The notes under the pieces: generated by a model
The model's input: only the letters and a program-made list of their open reading frames with translations
Database searches by the model: none
What the model was told of the DNA's origin: nothing
Made by a program: the position numbers and the translations under genes
NCBI GenBank assembly: GCA_046538235.1
Contig: JBKHJG010000001.1
Coordinates: 60,581 to 124,580 of the forward strand
Direction: 5' to 3'
Source of the DNA: Dehalococcoidia bacterium
GTDB lineage: Bacteria > Chloroflexota > Dehalococcoidia > GIF9 > AB-539-J10
Length of the DNA: 64,000 bases
In this document: positions 52,155-61,787 of the stretch, in pieces
How the letters are laid out: each line of letters starts with the position of its first letter
How positions within the stretch are numbered: position 1 is the first letter of the stretch

Positions 52155-53309
52155 TCAGGCCATTGCCTGCGCTACCGCGATTGCCTGCTCCAGGTCCTCA
52201 ATCAAGTCATCAATGTTCTCCAGGCCTACGGATAGCCGGATGAGTTCATCCGTAATCCCTACCCTCTCTCTGTATTCCTTCGGCACTGAGGCATGGCTCG
52301 TGGTGGCCGACTGCCCTGCCAGCGAAGCCAGGCCGCCCAGTGATTCTGCCAGAGAGAAGACCTTGAGATTGCGCAGAAAGGCGTTGACACTCTCGACTCC
52401 ACCTTTCAGTTCCAAAGATACCACTCCACCGAAGCCTGTCATCTGTTTCTCGGCGATCTCGTATCCAGCATGGGACTTAAGCCCGGGATAGAACACCCGC
52501 CTTACCGCAGGGTGCTCCTGGAGATAGTTGGCTACGGCCATGGCATTCTCCTGATGCCCCTTCATCCTCACCGGCAGGGTCTCAATCCCCCGAAGCACCA
52601 ACCAGCAATCAAACGGCGAGGCACCTGTTCCCATAGCGCCGAGCAGAGATTGTATCCTCTCAGCCAGCTCACTATCGCCAGTCACCACAGCACCCCCGAT
52701 GACGTCGCAGTGTCCGTTAAGATACTTGCTGGTGGAGTGGAATACAACGTCAACTCCATATTCAATCGGCCTCAAGAAATAGGGCGTGGCAAAGGTGTTA
52801 TCTGCTACCGTGAGCAGCTTATGCCGCCGGGCAATATCAACCACCATTTCGAGGTCAATCACGTTGAGCAGCGGATTGGACAGGGTCTCCAGCCACAGCA
52901 TTCTGGTATTGGGTCTTATCGCCTCCTCGATCCTCTGCTTGTTGTCCATTCTGACAAAGGTGAATTCCAGCCCAAAGGCCTTCATTACACTCTGGAACAA
53001 TGTGTAGGTTCCCCCATACATATCGTCAAGCGAGATCACGTGGTCCCCTGTTTTCAGCAGATGCATGATGGTCGTCTCAGCGGCCATCCCGCTGGCAAAA
53101 GCAAACCCTGCCTTCCCTCCCTCGAGCTGGGCAACGGTGTCCTCGAGAACCCTCCTTGTCGGGTTTGCCAGGCGCGAGTAGTCCCAACCCCTCGTCTTCC
53201 CCACGTCCTCAAAGACGAAGGTCGCGCTCTGGTAGATAGGCACAGAAATAGCGCCGGTTGCGCTATCCGGCCTATCTCCGCCATGAATAGCTATGGTTTC
53301 AAATCTCAT
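52155..53309 (-). CDS. PLP-dependent cystathionine gamma-synthase/beta-lyase / methionine gamma-lyase family enzyme
   Basis: Cys/Met-metabolism PLP fold with Schiff-base motif (STSKYLNGH). Start at the internal Met (MRFETIAIHGG). Confidence 0.85.
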   Translation of the reverse strand: MRFETIAIHGGDRPDSATGAISVPIYQSATFVFEDVGKTRGWDYSRLANPTRRVLEDTVAQLEGGKAGFAFASGMAAETTIMHLLKTGDHVISLDDMYGGTYTLFQSVMKAFGLEFTFVRMDNKQRIEEAIRPNTRMLWLETLSNPLLNVIDLEMVVDIARRHKLLTVADNTFATPYFLRPIEYGVDVVFHSTSKYLNGHCDVIGGAVVTGDSELAERIQSLLGAMGTGASPFDCWLVLRGIETLPVRMKGHQENAMAVANYLQEHPAVRRVFYPGLKSHAGYEIAEKQMTGFGGVVSLELKGGVESVNAFLRNLKVFSLAESLGGLASLAGQSATTSHASVPKEYRERVGITDELIRLSVGLENIDDLIEDLEQAIAVAQAMA

Positions 53310-53349
53310 ATTCGCCCTCCTCGACTGAATACCGCTTTCGCATACCGGT

Positions 53350-53766
53350 TCATACTTTGCTCCTTTGTCGGTCAACAAGGTCCTGCAAGGTCGCCGAATC
53401 CAGTACCCGGTTCATCGCGTCGCTCATCTCCATCCAGATGTCACGGCTGGCGCATAGCGCAGAGCGATGGCATAGCGATGGATCTTGGATACACGCCGCG
53501 GGCGCGATGGACCCTTCAAGCACCCTTACTACCTCACTGAGCATGATGTCGGAAGGAGACCTGCACAGCGAGACACCGCCCCCAGCCCCCCGAGCGCTCC
53601 TCACCAGCCCGGCGGCTATGACAGGCTTAATTAAATGCTCCAGATAGGGCAGCGAGATCTCCTGCCTTTGCGCAATATCCTTCAGCGGGACCAGCCCCTC
53701 ACCTTGATGAAGGGCCAGGTCCAGGAGTGCCCTCAGGCCATATCTTCCCCTCGTAGAGAGCTTCAT
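53350..53766 (-). CDS. Rrf2-family transcriptional regulator (IscR/CymR-like, three-Cys cluster motif)
   Basis: N-terminal wHTH (MKLSTRGRYGLRALLDLA) and Cys triad (CIQDPSLCHRSALC). Confidence 0.88.
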   Translation of the reverse strand: MKLSTRGRYGLRALLDLALHQGEGLVPLKDIAQRQEISLPYLEHLIKPVIAAGLVRSARGAGGGVSLCRSPSDIMLSEVVRVLEGSIAPAACIQDPSLCHRSALCASRDIWMEMSDAMNRVLDSATLQDLVDRQRSKV

Positions 53767-53783
53767 CGGACCGTCCCTCAATT

Positions 53784-53814
53784 GTTGACTAGAATTGTCA
53801 ACTTACCATATCAT
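53784..53814 (+). promoter_or_regulatory. inverted repeat GTTGAC-N7-GTCAAC overlapping a +strand TTGACT-N17-TATCAT promoter (cysS), immediately upstream of the divergent Rrf2 gene
   Basis: Palindrome at 53784-53802. -35 at 53786-53791 and -10 at 53809-53814. Candidate Rrf2 operator in a shared divergent control region. Confidence 0.35.
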
Positions 53815-53919
53815 AACCGCTGGGAAAGGTTCGGTCAAGTTTTGAAAAAGCACCCGAACTGAGATATGATTCGCTGAACGGGCTGAAACTGCTGCCCACC
53901 ATCCTGCAAGGCGACTGAG

Positions 53920-55287
53920 ATGAAGGTATTCAACACCCTGTCCGGACAGAAGCAGGAATTCGAGCCCGGCAACGACGTGGTGACCATGTACGTCTGCGGC
54001 ATCACAGCCTATGACGAAAGCCATATCGGGCACGCCATGAGCTATATGGTCTTCGATGTAGTCAGGCGCTATCTGGAGTTCAGCGGTTACAGCGTTAAGC
54101 ACGTGCAGAACTTCACGGACATAGAGGACAAGATCATAGAGCGCGCCAACCAACTGCAGGTTCCGCCTTCGGAGCTGACGGATAAGTACATTGCCAGGTA
54201 TTTTGCCGACATGGATGCATTGAATATCCAGCGTGCCCACGCCTACCCCAAGGCAACCGAGGAAGTACCCACAATAATCGAGATGATCCAGGGCCTTCTT
54301 GCCAAAGGCTACGCCTACGAGTCTCAGGGTAGCGTGTACTTCCGCGTCAGGAGTTTCCCCGGTTACGGCAAACTGAGCCGCCGCAACCTGGCCGATATGG
54401 TCTCCCAGGAATGCAGCTATGCGGAACGGAAGGAATACCCGCTGGACTTCGCCCTATGGAAGGCATACAAGCCCGGCGAGCCTTTCTGGGACAGCCCGTG
54501 GGGTCGGGGCAGGCCGGGGTGGCACATAGAGTGCAGCGCCATGGCGCTCAAGTACCTCGGCGAACGCATAGACATCCATGGCGGCGGACAGGACCTCGTG
54601 TTCCCCCATCATGAGAACGAGATAGCGCAGTCAGAGGCCTTCACCGGGCAAGTACCTTTTGCCCGATACTGGCTGCATAACGGCTTGCTCCAGCTGGATA
54701 AGGTAAAGATGAGTAAGTCCACCGGCAATCTGGTGAGCGTCAGGGACGTGCTGAGCCGCTTCTCCTCCGACGCCGTTCGGCTCTTTGTGCTCAGCTCACA
54801 CTACCGGAGCCCACTCACATACAGCGAACAGGCGCTGGAAGCAACTGAGAGGGGCGCAGAAGGCCTGCGCCGGGCACTGGCCCAGGGAACGGATGACGGC
54901 CGTGGACAAGCCACCCTCAACGCGGCGCCGTTTGAGCAGAGATTTGTCGAGGCGATGGATGACGACTTCAACACGCCCCGGGCGATAGCAGCACTGTTCG
55001 AACTGACCCGGGAGATAAACCGCAGCGCCGAGCAAGGCGCGGATGTGAGTGAGGCTCAGCAAACCCTGCTCAAGCTGGCAGGCACTCTAGGCCTTACTTT
55101 GAAGGAGAGGTCTCAGGTTCCACACGATGCCGAGGCCTTTGTCAGCCTGCTAGTCTCGGTCAGAGACGACCTGCGGCGGAACCAGCAATGGCAGCTGGCC
55201 GATAAGATCAGGAGTGGACTGAGCAACGCAGGAGTAACCCTTGAGGACAGTCCTCAAGGTACAAGATGGACATATAGGAGGCCGTAA
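53920..55287 (+). CDS. cysS: cysteine--tRNA ligase
   Basis: HIGH (HIGHAMSY) and KMSKS motifs, zinc-binding Cys residues. 455 aa. Confidence 0.95.
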   Translation: MKVFNTLSGQKQEFEPGNDVVTMYVCGITAYDESHIGHAMSYMVFDVVRRYLEFSGYSVKHVQNFTDIEDKIIERANQLQVPPSELTDKYIARYFADMDALNIQRAHAYPKATEEVPTIIEMIQGLLAKGYAYESQGSVYFRVRSFPGYGKLSRRNLADMVSQECSYAERKEYPLDFALWKAYKPGEPFWDSPWGRGRPGWHIECSAMALKYLGERIDIHGGGQDLVFPHHENEIAQSEAFTGQVPFARYWLHNGLLQLDKVKMSKSTGNLVSVRDVLSRFSSDAVRLFVLSSHYRSPLTYSEQALEATERGAEGLRRALAQGTDDGRGQATLNAAPFEQRFVEAMDDDFNTPRAIAALFELTREINRSAEQGADVSEAQQTLLKLAGTLGLTLKERSQVPHDAEAFVSLLVSVRDDLRRNQQWQLADKIRSGLSNAGVTLEDSPQGTRWTYRRP

Positions 55288-55472
55288 CCGGGAGCGGCGG
55301 AGCGTTGCATTCAAGCGGGCGTTGCCGCCCGGGAGAAGCCCTGCTTCCGCCACGCCCAGGATGCTTGAGAGCGATCACGCAGGGCCCTATCTTTAACAGA
55401 ATCTTAACATTTCCATGCTACCATTCAATTGCCAAAGGGGAAAACGACAGACGTGAGGGATCGCAGTCATCG

Positions 55473-55499
55473 TTGACAAACACCCGAAGCCGATATACC
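55473..55499 (+). promoter_or_regulatory. candidate promoter TTGACA-N15-TATACC ~390 nt upstream of the SBP gene
   Basis: Good -35 hexamer, weak -10 and short spacer. Positionally analogous to the strong promoter of the paralogous leader at 14755-14785. Confidence 0.3.
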
Positions 55500-55742
55500 A
55501 TAAGAAAGGCGACCGAAGCGGCAAAAGGTAAGGTTGCGCGTGACCTGGCGACAGTTGCAGTGATGCCGAGATTCGGAGATGGTCGAGATTTCCAGTTTTC
55601 AGCAGCTTCTTGGTCTCCCTTTGCTTTGCTTGTTAGGGCGGACAGCAAGGTAGACAGAGCACTGACGATGTAGTTGCCCCATGTCTGGACAGTGAAGACC
55701 TGGCGGATCAGGCAACTACATCGTAGCGGGAGACGAGAGCAT

Positions 55743-56285
55743 GAAAGGAGGTGGTTCTATCGGTATATGGCATGAAGGGTGAGCTGCTGGAGGCAACTGG
55801 TGGTCGACCGGTTTCTTCCGGCACTAAAAGCGCCAAGGGTTTGCTCCGGTAGAATCGGAGCAACGACAGAAAACAAAAAGGAGGCCAAAGGTTGAAAAGA
55901 GTTCTTTACCTGATCATAGCTACTCTGCTGGTCATGGGGCTGGTGCTGGCTGGCTGTCCTAGCAACGGCAACGGCGGAGATACAACAGTCACCACCAAAG
56001 CAATACAGGGAGTAACCCCACCGGCAACCGGCGACAGCCCGGTGACCGCAATCACAGAAACGGCTCAGTTCACGGGGACCGTGTCCTGGAGTCCTGCTCA
56101 TGATCCGTTTGAGGCCAGTACGGAGTACACGGCCACCATCGAGCTCACGGCCAAGACAGGATACACCTTCGACGGCGTGTCGGCGAACTTCTTCACAGTA
56201 TCCGGAGCAACTGCGACCAACCCGGCCGACTCCGGCGTGGTAACCGCGGTATTCCCGGAGACGGCGGCCGCGCCCGCCCCTAAGA
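55743..56285 (+). repeat. copy 2 of the dispersed inverted duplication (leader + RBS + TTG start + signal peptide + N-terminal domain); partner at 14000-14535
   Basis: See copy 1. Extended nucleotide similarity runs from the gaaaggaggtgg motif through the first ~390 nt of coding sequence. Confidence 0.8.
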
Positions 56286-57793
56286 TCACGTTCGCAGTCA
56301 CCGGCCCGATGACATTCATCCAGGGCCTGGATCACTGGGCGGGTGCCGAAATGGCCCGTGACGAGATCAACGCAGCCGGCGGTGTCGACGTCGGCGGGGT
56401 CCGGCATGACATCGCCCTAAGAAAGGTGGAGACCAATGAGATCCTGGATGTGAGCGGTGTCTCCGGCACAACTGCCCTGACGGCAGTAATAGACGAGGTG
56501 GACTTCGTCGTCGGCGGTTTCCGAACAGAATCCGTCCAGGTCTATCGAGAGGCGGCCATGGACGCCCAGAAGCTGATGATGAACTGCGGTGCAGCTACAG
56601 CAGCACTGCAGGGCTCGGTACTCGCAGATTATGGCAGATACAAGTACTGGTTCAAGGCCACCCCCTACAATGAGGTCTTCCTGGTCACCAGCTGCCTCAG
56701 GTATTCCGCCACGGTCAACTCGGTCTTGAGGGCGACGCTGGCCGGCGCCCGCAACGCAAATTCCATACCGGGACCCGGCGGAGAGGACTGGACGGCTGAC
56801 GACATCGAGCCGCTCAGGTTCGCCATCCTCATGGAGAATGCGGAGTGGTGTAACCCCATGGAGCCGTACGTTTTGGGGGTTCTGCCGGCTAAGGGCATGG
56901 AACATGTCGGCACATTTAAGTGCGAGAGTGCAGCAACCGACCTCGAGGCCCAGCTGACGGCAATCAGTGCACAGAATCCCCACGTCATCTTCACCATAAT
57001 CTCCGGACCGCCCGGCAAAGCCTATGGGTCGCAGCAACCCATCTATGCACCGAACGTGTTCTCGATCGGCATCAACGTGGAGGCCCAGGACATAAACTAC
57101 CACGATGACACCGGGGCGTCCTATCACATCACCCTGGACACCTGGCCCGACGGCTGCGCCGTCACTCCCAACACCGTAGACTGGTTCAACTCTTTCGTGG
57201 CCAAGACGGGAAGGTATCCGGCCTATACGGCTGCTACCTATGATGCTATTTACGCCATCATTGACGGTGTAGAGGCGGTGTCGGCGGCCAACGGATGGGA
57301 TACTATCGACGATGTGGTAAGCCCTGCCAACATCGATGCCCTGATTCAGTACATCGAAACGACACCCCGTGAGGGCGTGGGTGCCAACACAGCTTATTAT
57401 CCCATACCCGAGGTCGATGTGGGTGGTGGCGTATATGCGCTGAGCGAGGAGCAGGTGCTGGCACTCTATCCTCATGTGCAGGACCTCATAGACAACGGCG
57501 TCTACACCTATAGCCCGGCGGACTGGACGACCTTAGGCGGGCATATCCCCCACGACACCGTGTACGGTCCCGGCTATCAGACCGGCACCGCTGTCCAGTG
57601 GCAGGAGATCGGAGGAACGTGGAAGAAGGTGGCCGTCTGGCCTCTGCTGTTCACGGACCCCGCCACCCCCTACTGGCAGCTCTACGCCGCCGGAGCAGTT
57701 GACCTATACGGGAACTGGAACTTCCAGTACGATGGCACGCAGTCGCTGGTGGTGCCCACCGAGTGGATAACGGCCTGGATAAGCCCGCCCTAA
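55892..57793 (+). CDS. ABC transporter substrate-binding lipoprotein (Leu/Ile/Val-binding, LivK-like type-I PBP) with an extra ~110-aa N-terminal module; TTG start
   Basis: Lipobox (LVLAGC). A shared N-module is followed by a type-I periplasmic binding fold. Adjacent livH and livM, and convergent livG and livF. Confidence 0.8.
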   Translation: MKRVLYLIIATLLVMGLVLAGCPSNGNGGDTTVTTKAIQGVTPPATGDSPVTAITETAQFTGTVSWSPAHDPFEASTEYTATIELTAKTGYTFDGVSANFFTVSGATATNPADSGVVTAVFPETAAAPAPKITFAVTGPMTFIQGLDHWAGAEMARDEINAAGGVDVGGVRHDIALRKVETNEILDVSGVSGTTALTAVIDEVDFVVGGFRTESVQVYREAAMDAQKLMMNCGAATAALQGSVLADYGRYKYWFKATPYNEVFLVTSCLRYSATVNSVLRATLAGARNANSIPGPGGEDWTADDIEPLRFAILMENAEWCNPMEPYVLGVLPAKGMEHVGTFKCESAATDLEAQLTAISAQNPHVIFTIISGPPGKAYGSQQPIYAPNVFSIGINVEAQDINYHDDTGASYHITLDTWPDGCAVTPNTVDWFNSFVAKTGRYPAYTAATYDAIYAIIDGVEAVSAANGWDTIDDVVSPANIDALIQYIETTPREGVGANTAYYPIPEVDVGGGVYALSEEQVLALYPHVQDLIDNGVYTYSPADWTTLGGHIPHDTVYGPGYQTGTAVQWQEIGGTWKKVAVWPLLFTDPATPYWQLYAAGAVDLYGNWNFQYDGTQSLVVPTEWITAWISPP

Positions 57794-57842
57794 GCCCAGG
57801 CACAACTGCAGGACAAAGACGCTGCTCTTTGTTAGAGATGAC

Positions 57843-57880
57843 GGTGACCCCGGGGCGCCCCGGGGTCACCGCTTTTCTTG
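57843..57880 (+). terminator. intrinsic terminator: perfect 13-bp stem (ggtgaccccgggg-cg-ccccggggtcacc) followed by a T-rich tract
   Basis: Lies 50 nt after the SBP stop. GC-rich stem followed by gcttttcttg. Confidence 0.6.
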
Positions 57881-58112
57881 ATCGCTACTCGATCAGTGTC
57901 CGACACCACCTCCTGCCTTGGCGGCCAGACCCACCATCGTCGCTTGAGGTTCCAAACAGGCTGTGCAATCTCACTCCCAGTTTGGCAGACAGGATTGCGC
58001 CGAAGCTCTTGCTGGACGGAGGCGACGGGTTGCCCGCCCCGACGGATCCAGGCTCAGAGGGCGGCAGGGCCACCCGAACTGCAGTGAAAATCCGAGGCAT
58101 GAGGCAAACCGC

Positions 58113-58142
58113 TTGACAAGCTGAGACGGGCTGAGATATAGT
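58113..58142 (+). promoter_or_regulatory. candidate promoter TTGACA-N18-TATAGT for livHM, followed by a structured ~140-nt leader
   Basis: Hexamers at 58113-58118 and 58137-58142. The leader contains hairpins (ggcgggg-tttat-ccccgcc; ggtgacaaa...tttgtcacc). Confidence 0.4.
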
Positions 58143-58282
58143 ATCCGACAATTGCCCGGAACGTGAACGGCTTCTGATATGCGCAGAATCCAAGGGACGC
58201 TCATAGCTGGACACGGTAGTGGCGGGGTTTATCCCCGCCTCATTTCGAGTGGTGACAAACTCCACTGCCAGGACTTCCCGTT

Positions 58283-59197
58283 TTGTCACCGCGAGAGTCC
58301 CGCCCGCTCCACCACTACGATGCCATGATCGCCTCAATCATAATCAGGACGCTGACCCGGGGAGGGCTATATGCCCTCCTGGCGTCCGGCATGTCTCTCA
58401 TCTTCGGTGTGGCCCACATAGTCAACCTGGCGCACACGGCGTTTTTCATGGTGGCGGCCTACGGCATGTGGTTCCTCATGCGTGAACTGGGCTGGGGCGC
58501 CATCGAGTCGGCGGTGGTTACGATTCCGGTTGTCACCCTTCTGGGCGTACTGGTCTACCGCCTTCTCATCGACCGGGTGCGGCAGCATGCACAGGTAGTA
58601 TTGTTGATCACCGTAGCACTGGCCATGGTCCTTCAGGAGGTTCTGCTCCTGCAGTTCGGCTCGCACTACCGGACAGCTCCTCCTCTTATCGGAGGAAGCC
58701 ACAGTATATTTGGAGCCGTGGTCACCAACCAGCACCTACTGATACTGGGGGCTGTGGCGGTGATCATGATCGTCATGTGGCTCGTCCTGTCCAGGACCAA
58801 GCTGGGCATTTCCATCAGGGCGACGGCGCAGGACGCCGAGATCGCCAATCTGATGGGCATAAGCATCCCCAGGACGCTTATGCTGACCATGGGAATAGGC
58901 ACAGCCCTGGCAGCAGTGGCCGGCGTTCTGACGGCGCCGGTGTGGGTGTTTCATCCCCATATATGGATGTCTCCCCTCACTATGGTCCTGGCCATTGTTA
59001 TCTTGGGGGGGCTGGGCAGCATCAAGGGGAGCGTCATCGGGGCTTTCATCATGGGCCTGGTCGAGACCCTGGTCATATTCCTGCTGCCCCAACAGGGCTA
59101 CATGAGGATGGCGTTCGCCCTGCTGGCCATGGTCGTAGTGCTGGCGGTCAGGCCGGAGGGGTTGTTCGGCACAGTGTTCGAAGAGGAGAGGCTGTAA
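58283..59197 (+). CDS. livH: branched-chain amino acid ABC transporter permease
   Basis: LivH-type multi-TM permease with the family's conserved cytoplasmic loop. The true start may be the internal Met (MIASIII). Confidence 0.88.
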   Translation: MSPRESRPLHHYDAMIASIIIRTLTRGGLYALLASGMSLIFGVAHIVNLAHTAFFMVAAYGMWFLMRELGWGAIESAVVTIPVVTLLGVLVYRLLIDRVRQHAQVVLLITVALAMVLQEVLLLQFGSHYRTAPPLIGGSHSIFGAVVTNQHLLILGAVAVIMIVMWLVLSRTKLGISIRATAQDAEIANLMGISIPRTLMLTMGIGTALAAVAGVLTAPVWVFHPHIWMSPLTMVLAIVILGGLGSIKGSVIGAFIMGLVETLVIFLLPQQGYMRMAFALLAMVVVLAVRPEGLFGTVFEEERL

Positions 59198-59198
59198 C

Positions 59199-60242
59199 TT
59201 GTTCAAACGGCTGTTCCAGGACTTCCGATGGGGCGTCGTGCCCGTGCCCGGCCGGTTGCTGGCCTTCATATTCTTCATTTTTCTCTCTATCTTCCCTCTA
59301 GCCTTCAGAGGTAACTATCCGCTGCTTATACTCACGCTGGCCAGTATATACGCCATTTATGCCGTTAGCTGGGACCTGCTCTCAGGCTACACCGGACAGG
59401 TGAATTTCGGCCACGCCCTATTCTTCGGCGTCGGCGCCTACGGCTCGGCACTGCTGTATAAATATGCCGGCTGGCCACCGGGAGTAACAATCCCCATCGG
59501 CGCTATTGGTGCCGCCGGGATCGGGGTGGCCCTATGCCTCCCCGCCCTCAGGCTGAGGGGACCCTACCTGTCGCTGTTTACCATGGCCCTGCCCCTCCTC
59601 CTGACAGAGGTGGTGCGTGCCTTCCCCGAGGTCACCGGCGGCTACGTGGGCATAAGGGACCTGCCCCGGCTTGTTGATTCCAGAATGGGGGAATATTATG
59701 TATGCCTGCTGGTGATGCTTGTGTCGGTGCTGATAATGTGGAAGTTGAGCGACGCCGGCAGCAAATACGTGAGGACCGGCCTGATCTTCCATGCCATTAG
59801 GGAAGATGAGATTGCCGCGCGTGCCGCGGGGATAAACACAGTACGATACAAGATACTGGCCTTTGCCATCGGCGGCTTCTTCGGCGGGATTGCCGGCGGC
59901 CTGTTTGGCCACATTTTGAGAAGTGTCGGCCTGGGGGTTTTCGCCATGACCATGTCCTTCCAGGCCATAATATGGGTGGTGTTCGGGGGCATCGTGAGCA
60001 TCTACGGCCCTGTGGTGGGCGTCTTCATACTCCACCCTCTGGTGGAGCTTCTGCAGGGCACGCCTATTGTTGATTACCGCTACCTCATCATGGCCAGCCT
60101 GGTGATCCTGATATTGCTTTTCATGCCGGAAGGCATTGCCGTGCGGATACGCGATAAGCTCGAGGAGCAATGCCCGCGCTGCAAGGTGAACAACGCTGCC
60201 TGGCGGCGGGATTGCCGGGCCTGCGGGGCCTCTTTACGCTAG
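59199..60242 (+). CDS. livM: branched-chain amino acid ABC transporter permease with a C-terminal CxxC...CxxC zinc-ribbon-like tail
   Basis: LivM-type permease. The C-terminal 25 aa read CPRCKVNNAAWRRDCRACG. Confidence 0.85.
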   Translation: MFKRLFQDFRWGVVPVPGRLLAFIFFIFLSIFPLAFRGNYPLLILTLASIYAIYAVSWDLLSGYTGQVNFGHALFFGVGAYGSALLYKYAGWPPGVTIPIGAIGAAGIGVALCLPALRLRGPYLSLFTMALPLLLTEVVRAFPEVTGGYVGIRDLPRLVDSRMGEYYVCLLVMLVSVLIMWKLSDAGSKYVRTGLIFHAIREDEIAARAAGINTVRYKILAFAIGGFFGGIAGGLFGHILRSVGLGVFAMTMSFQAIIWVVFGGIVSIYGPVVGVFILHPLVELLQGTPIVDYRYLIMASLVILILLFMPEGIAVRIRDKLEEQCPRCKVNNAAWRRDCRACGASLR

Positions 60243-60273
60243 CCGGCAGCAGCCACCGCTTGCCGACACCCCC

Positions 60274-61053
60274 TCAAAGTCCCAGATATGTGGTCCTGAT
60301 AGTCTCGTCGGCCAGCAAGTCCTGAGCGGTACCCTGGGCTATGATGTGGCCCCTGGACATGACATAGTTTCTCTTGGAGAGGTCGAAGGCAAAGCTGATA
60401 TCCTGTTCAGCCAGCAGTATAGTCACTCCCAGCTCGCGGTAAATCTCCTCCACCCGCTTGAACAGCTCGTCTTTTATCTTCGGGGCCAGTCCGCTGGATG
60501 GCTCATCAACCAACATGAGCTTGGGCCGGCGCATCAGCGAGCGGCCGACAGCCAGCATCTGCCGCTCACCACCTGACAGCGTCCCGGCCAGCTGCTTCTG
60601 CCTCTCCTTCAGCCTGGGAAATAGCTCATAGACCCTGGCCAGGCTCTCATTCACCTCCTGCCTGTCCTTACAAAGGTAGGCTCCCGCCAGCAGGTTATCT
60701 CTGACCGTCATTTCGGGGAAAGGCCGTCCCATCTGCGGGCACAGCTGGATACCTTTCTTAGCGATTTCAGGTGCCGGCAGCCTGTCGATCCTTTCCCCCT
60801 CGAACTCCACGCTGCCATCAAAGGTCACATCTTCCATCTTGGTGCCCTTGAGAATCTCCCTGTCCCAGTTTATCAAGCCGGCGATAGCGCGGAGCAAGGT
60901 GGTCTTGCCAGCGCCATTCGGCCCAACCAGCCCCACCAGCTCACCCTTTTCCACCCTCAGGCTGGCTCCGTCCAGAACGGTAGCCGTATCATAGCGCACA
61001 ACTACATCCTTGGCTTCAAGCAATGAGCACCTCCTTGCCGGTATAGGCTTCAA
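60274..61053 (-). CDS. livF: branched-chain amino acid ABC transporter ATP-binding protein
   Basis: Walker A (GPNGAGKTT), ABC signature (LSGGERQ) and Walker B. Confidence 0.9.
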   Translation of the reverse strand: MKPIPARRCSLLEAKDVVVRYDTATVLDGASLRVEKGELVGLVGPNGAGKTTLLRAIAGLINWDREILKGTKMEDVTFDGSVEFEGERIDRLPAPEIAKKGIQLCPQMGRPFPEMTVRDNLLAGAYLCKDRQEVNESLARVYELFPRLKERQKQLAGTLSGGERQMLAVGRSLMRRPKLMLVDEPSSGLAPKIKDELFKRVEEIYRELGVTILLAEQDISFAFDLSKRNYVMSRGHIIAQGTAQDLLADETIRTTYLGL

Positions 61054-61786
61054 TTACCACCGGGTTCCTGACTATCTCCTGCGGCGTACCCTGGGCGACT
61101 ATCTGCCCGAAATTGAGGACGATCACCCGGTCAACGATCTTCATGAGCTCACTCAGCTTGTGCTCGATAATGAGCATAGCCGGCCCTTCACTATGAAGCC
61201 GGCCGAACCGGCCTCCCTTGTGCAACCTCTTCATGGACTTGGCGACCAGCTCCGTTTCAGCTGGATTAAGTCCCCCGAACGGTTCATCGAGGATGAGGAG
61301 CTCCGGCTCGGTGACGATGGCCCGCGCTACCTCCAGCCGCTTCAGGTCTCCGTGAGATAAGGTGGAAGCTGGCTCGAGGGCCCGGTCGGCAATGCCCACA
61401 AACTCAAGGGCGTCCATCGCTTTGACCGGGACAGATTTGACCCACTCACCCCTCCTGCTGACACGGGGGCAGTAGCAGCCGACCATAACGTTGGCGATAA
61501 TGGGCAGGCGACGGAATGGCTTGACGACCTGGAAGGTCCCCACCACGCCTTTCTGGACGACGCTCCAGGGACGCGACCCGGTCATCTCTTCGCCCTTGAA
61601 CCGGACGTGCCCGGACTCAGGCCTCAGTATGCCCATAATGCACCGCACCAGGGTGGTCTTCCCTGAACCATTGGGGCCAATTAGCCCTACCATCTCGTCC
61701 CGCTCTATAGCAAAGCTGACGTCGTTGACAGCTACCAGCCCGCCGAAGCGCTTGGTCAGGTTTTCCACTTCAAAGAATGGGGCCAT
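61016..61786 (-). CDS. livG: branched-chain amino acid ABC transporter ATP-binding protein
   Basis: Walker A (GPNGSGKTT), signature LSHGDLKRLE and Walker B. The start abuts the upstream acyl-CoA synthetase stop. Confidence 0.9.
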   Translation of the reverse strand: MAPFFEVENLTKRFGGLVAVNDVSFAIERDEMVGLIGPNGSGKTTLVRCIMGILRPESGHVRFKGEEMTGSRPWSVVQKGVVGTFQVVKPFRRLPIIANVMVGCYCPRVSRRGEWVKSVPVKAMDALEFVGIADRALEPASTLSHGDLKRLEVARAIVTEPELLILDEPFGGLNPAETELVAKSMKRLHKGGRFGRLHSEGPAMLIIEHKLSELMKIVDRVIVLNFGQIVAQGTPQEIVRNPVVIEAYTGKEVLIA

Positions 61787-61787
61787 G

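Noticed and set aside
53820-53919. T-box leader upstream of cysS
   Set aside because: The leader is only ~100 nt. It has no specifier-loop/antiterminator architecture and no T-box consensus (AATTAGGGTGGNACCGCG).
55318-55335. Small hairpin (cgggcg-ttgc-cgcccg) after the cysS stop as a terminator
   Set aside because: Only a 6-bp stem with no U-tract. Too weak to call; it may still contribute to 3' end formation.
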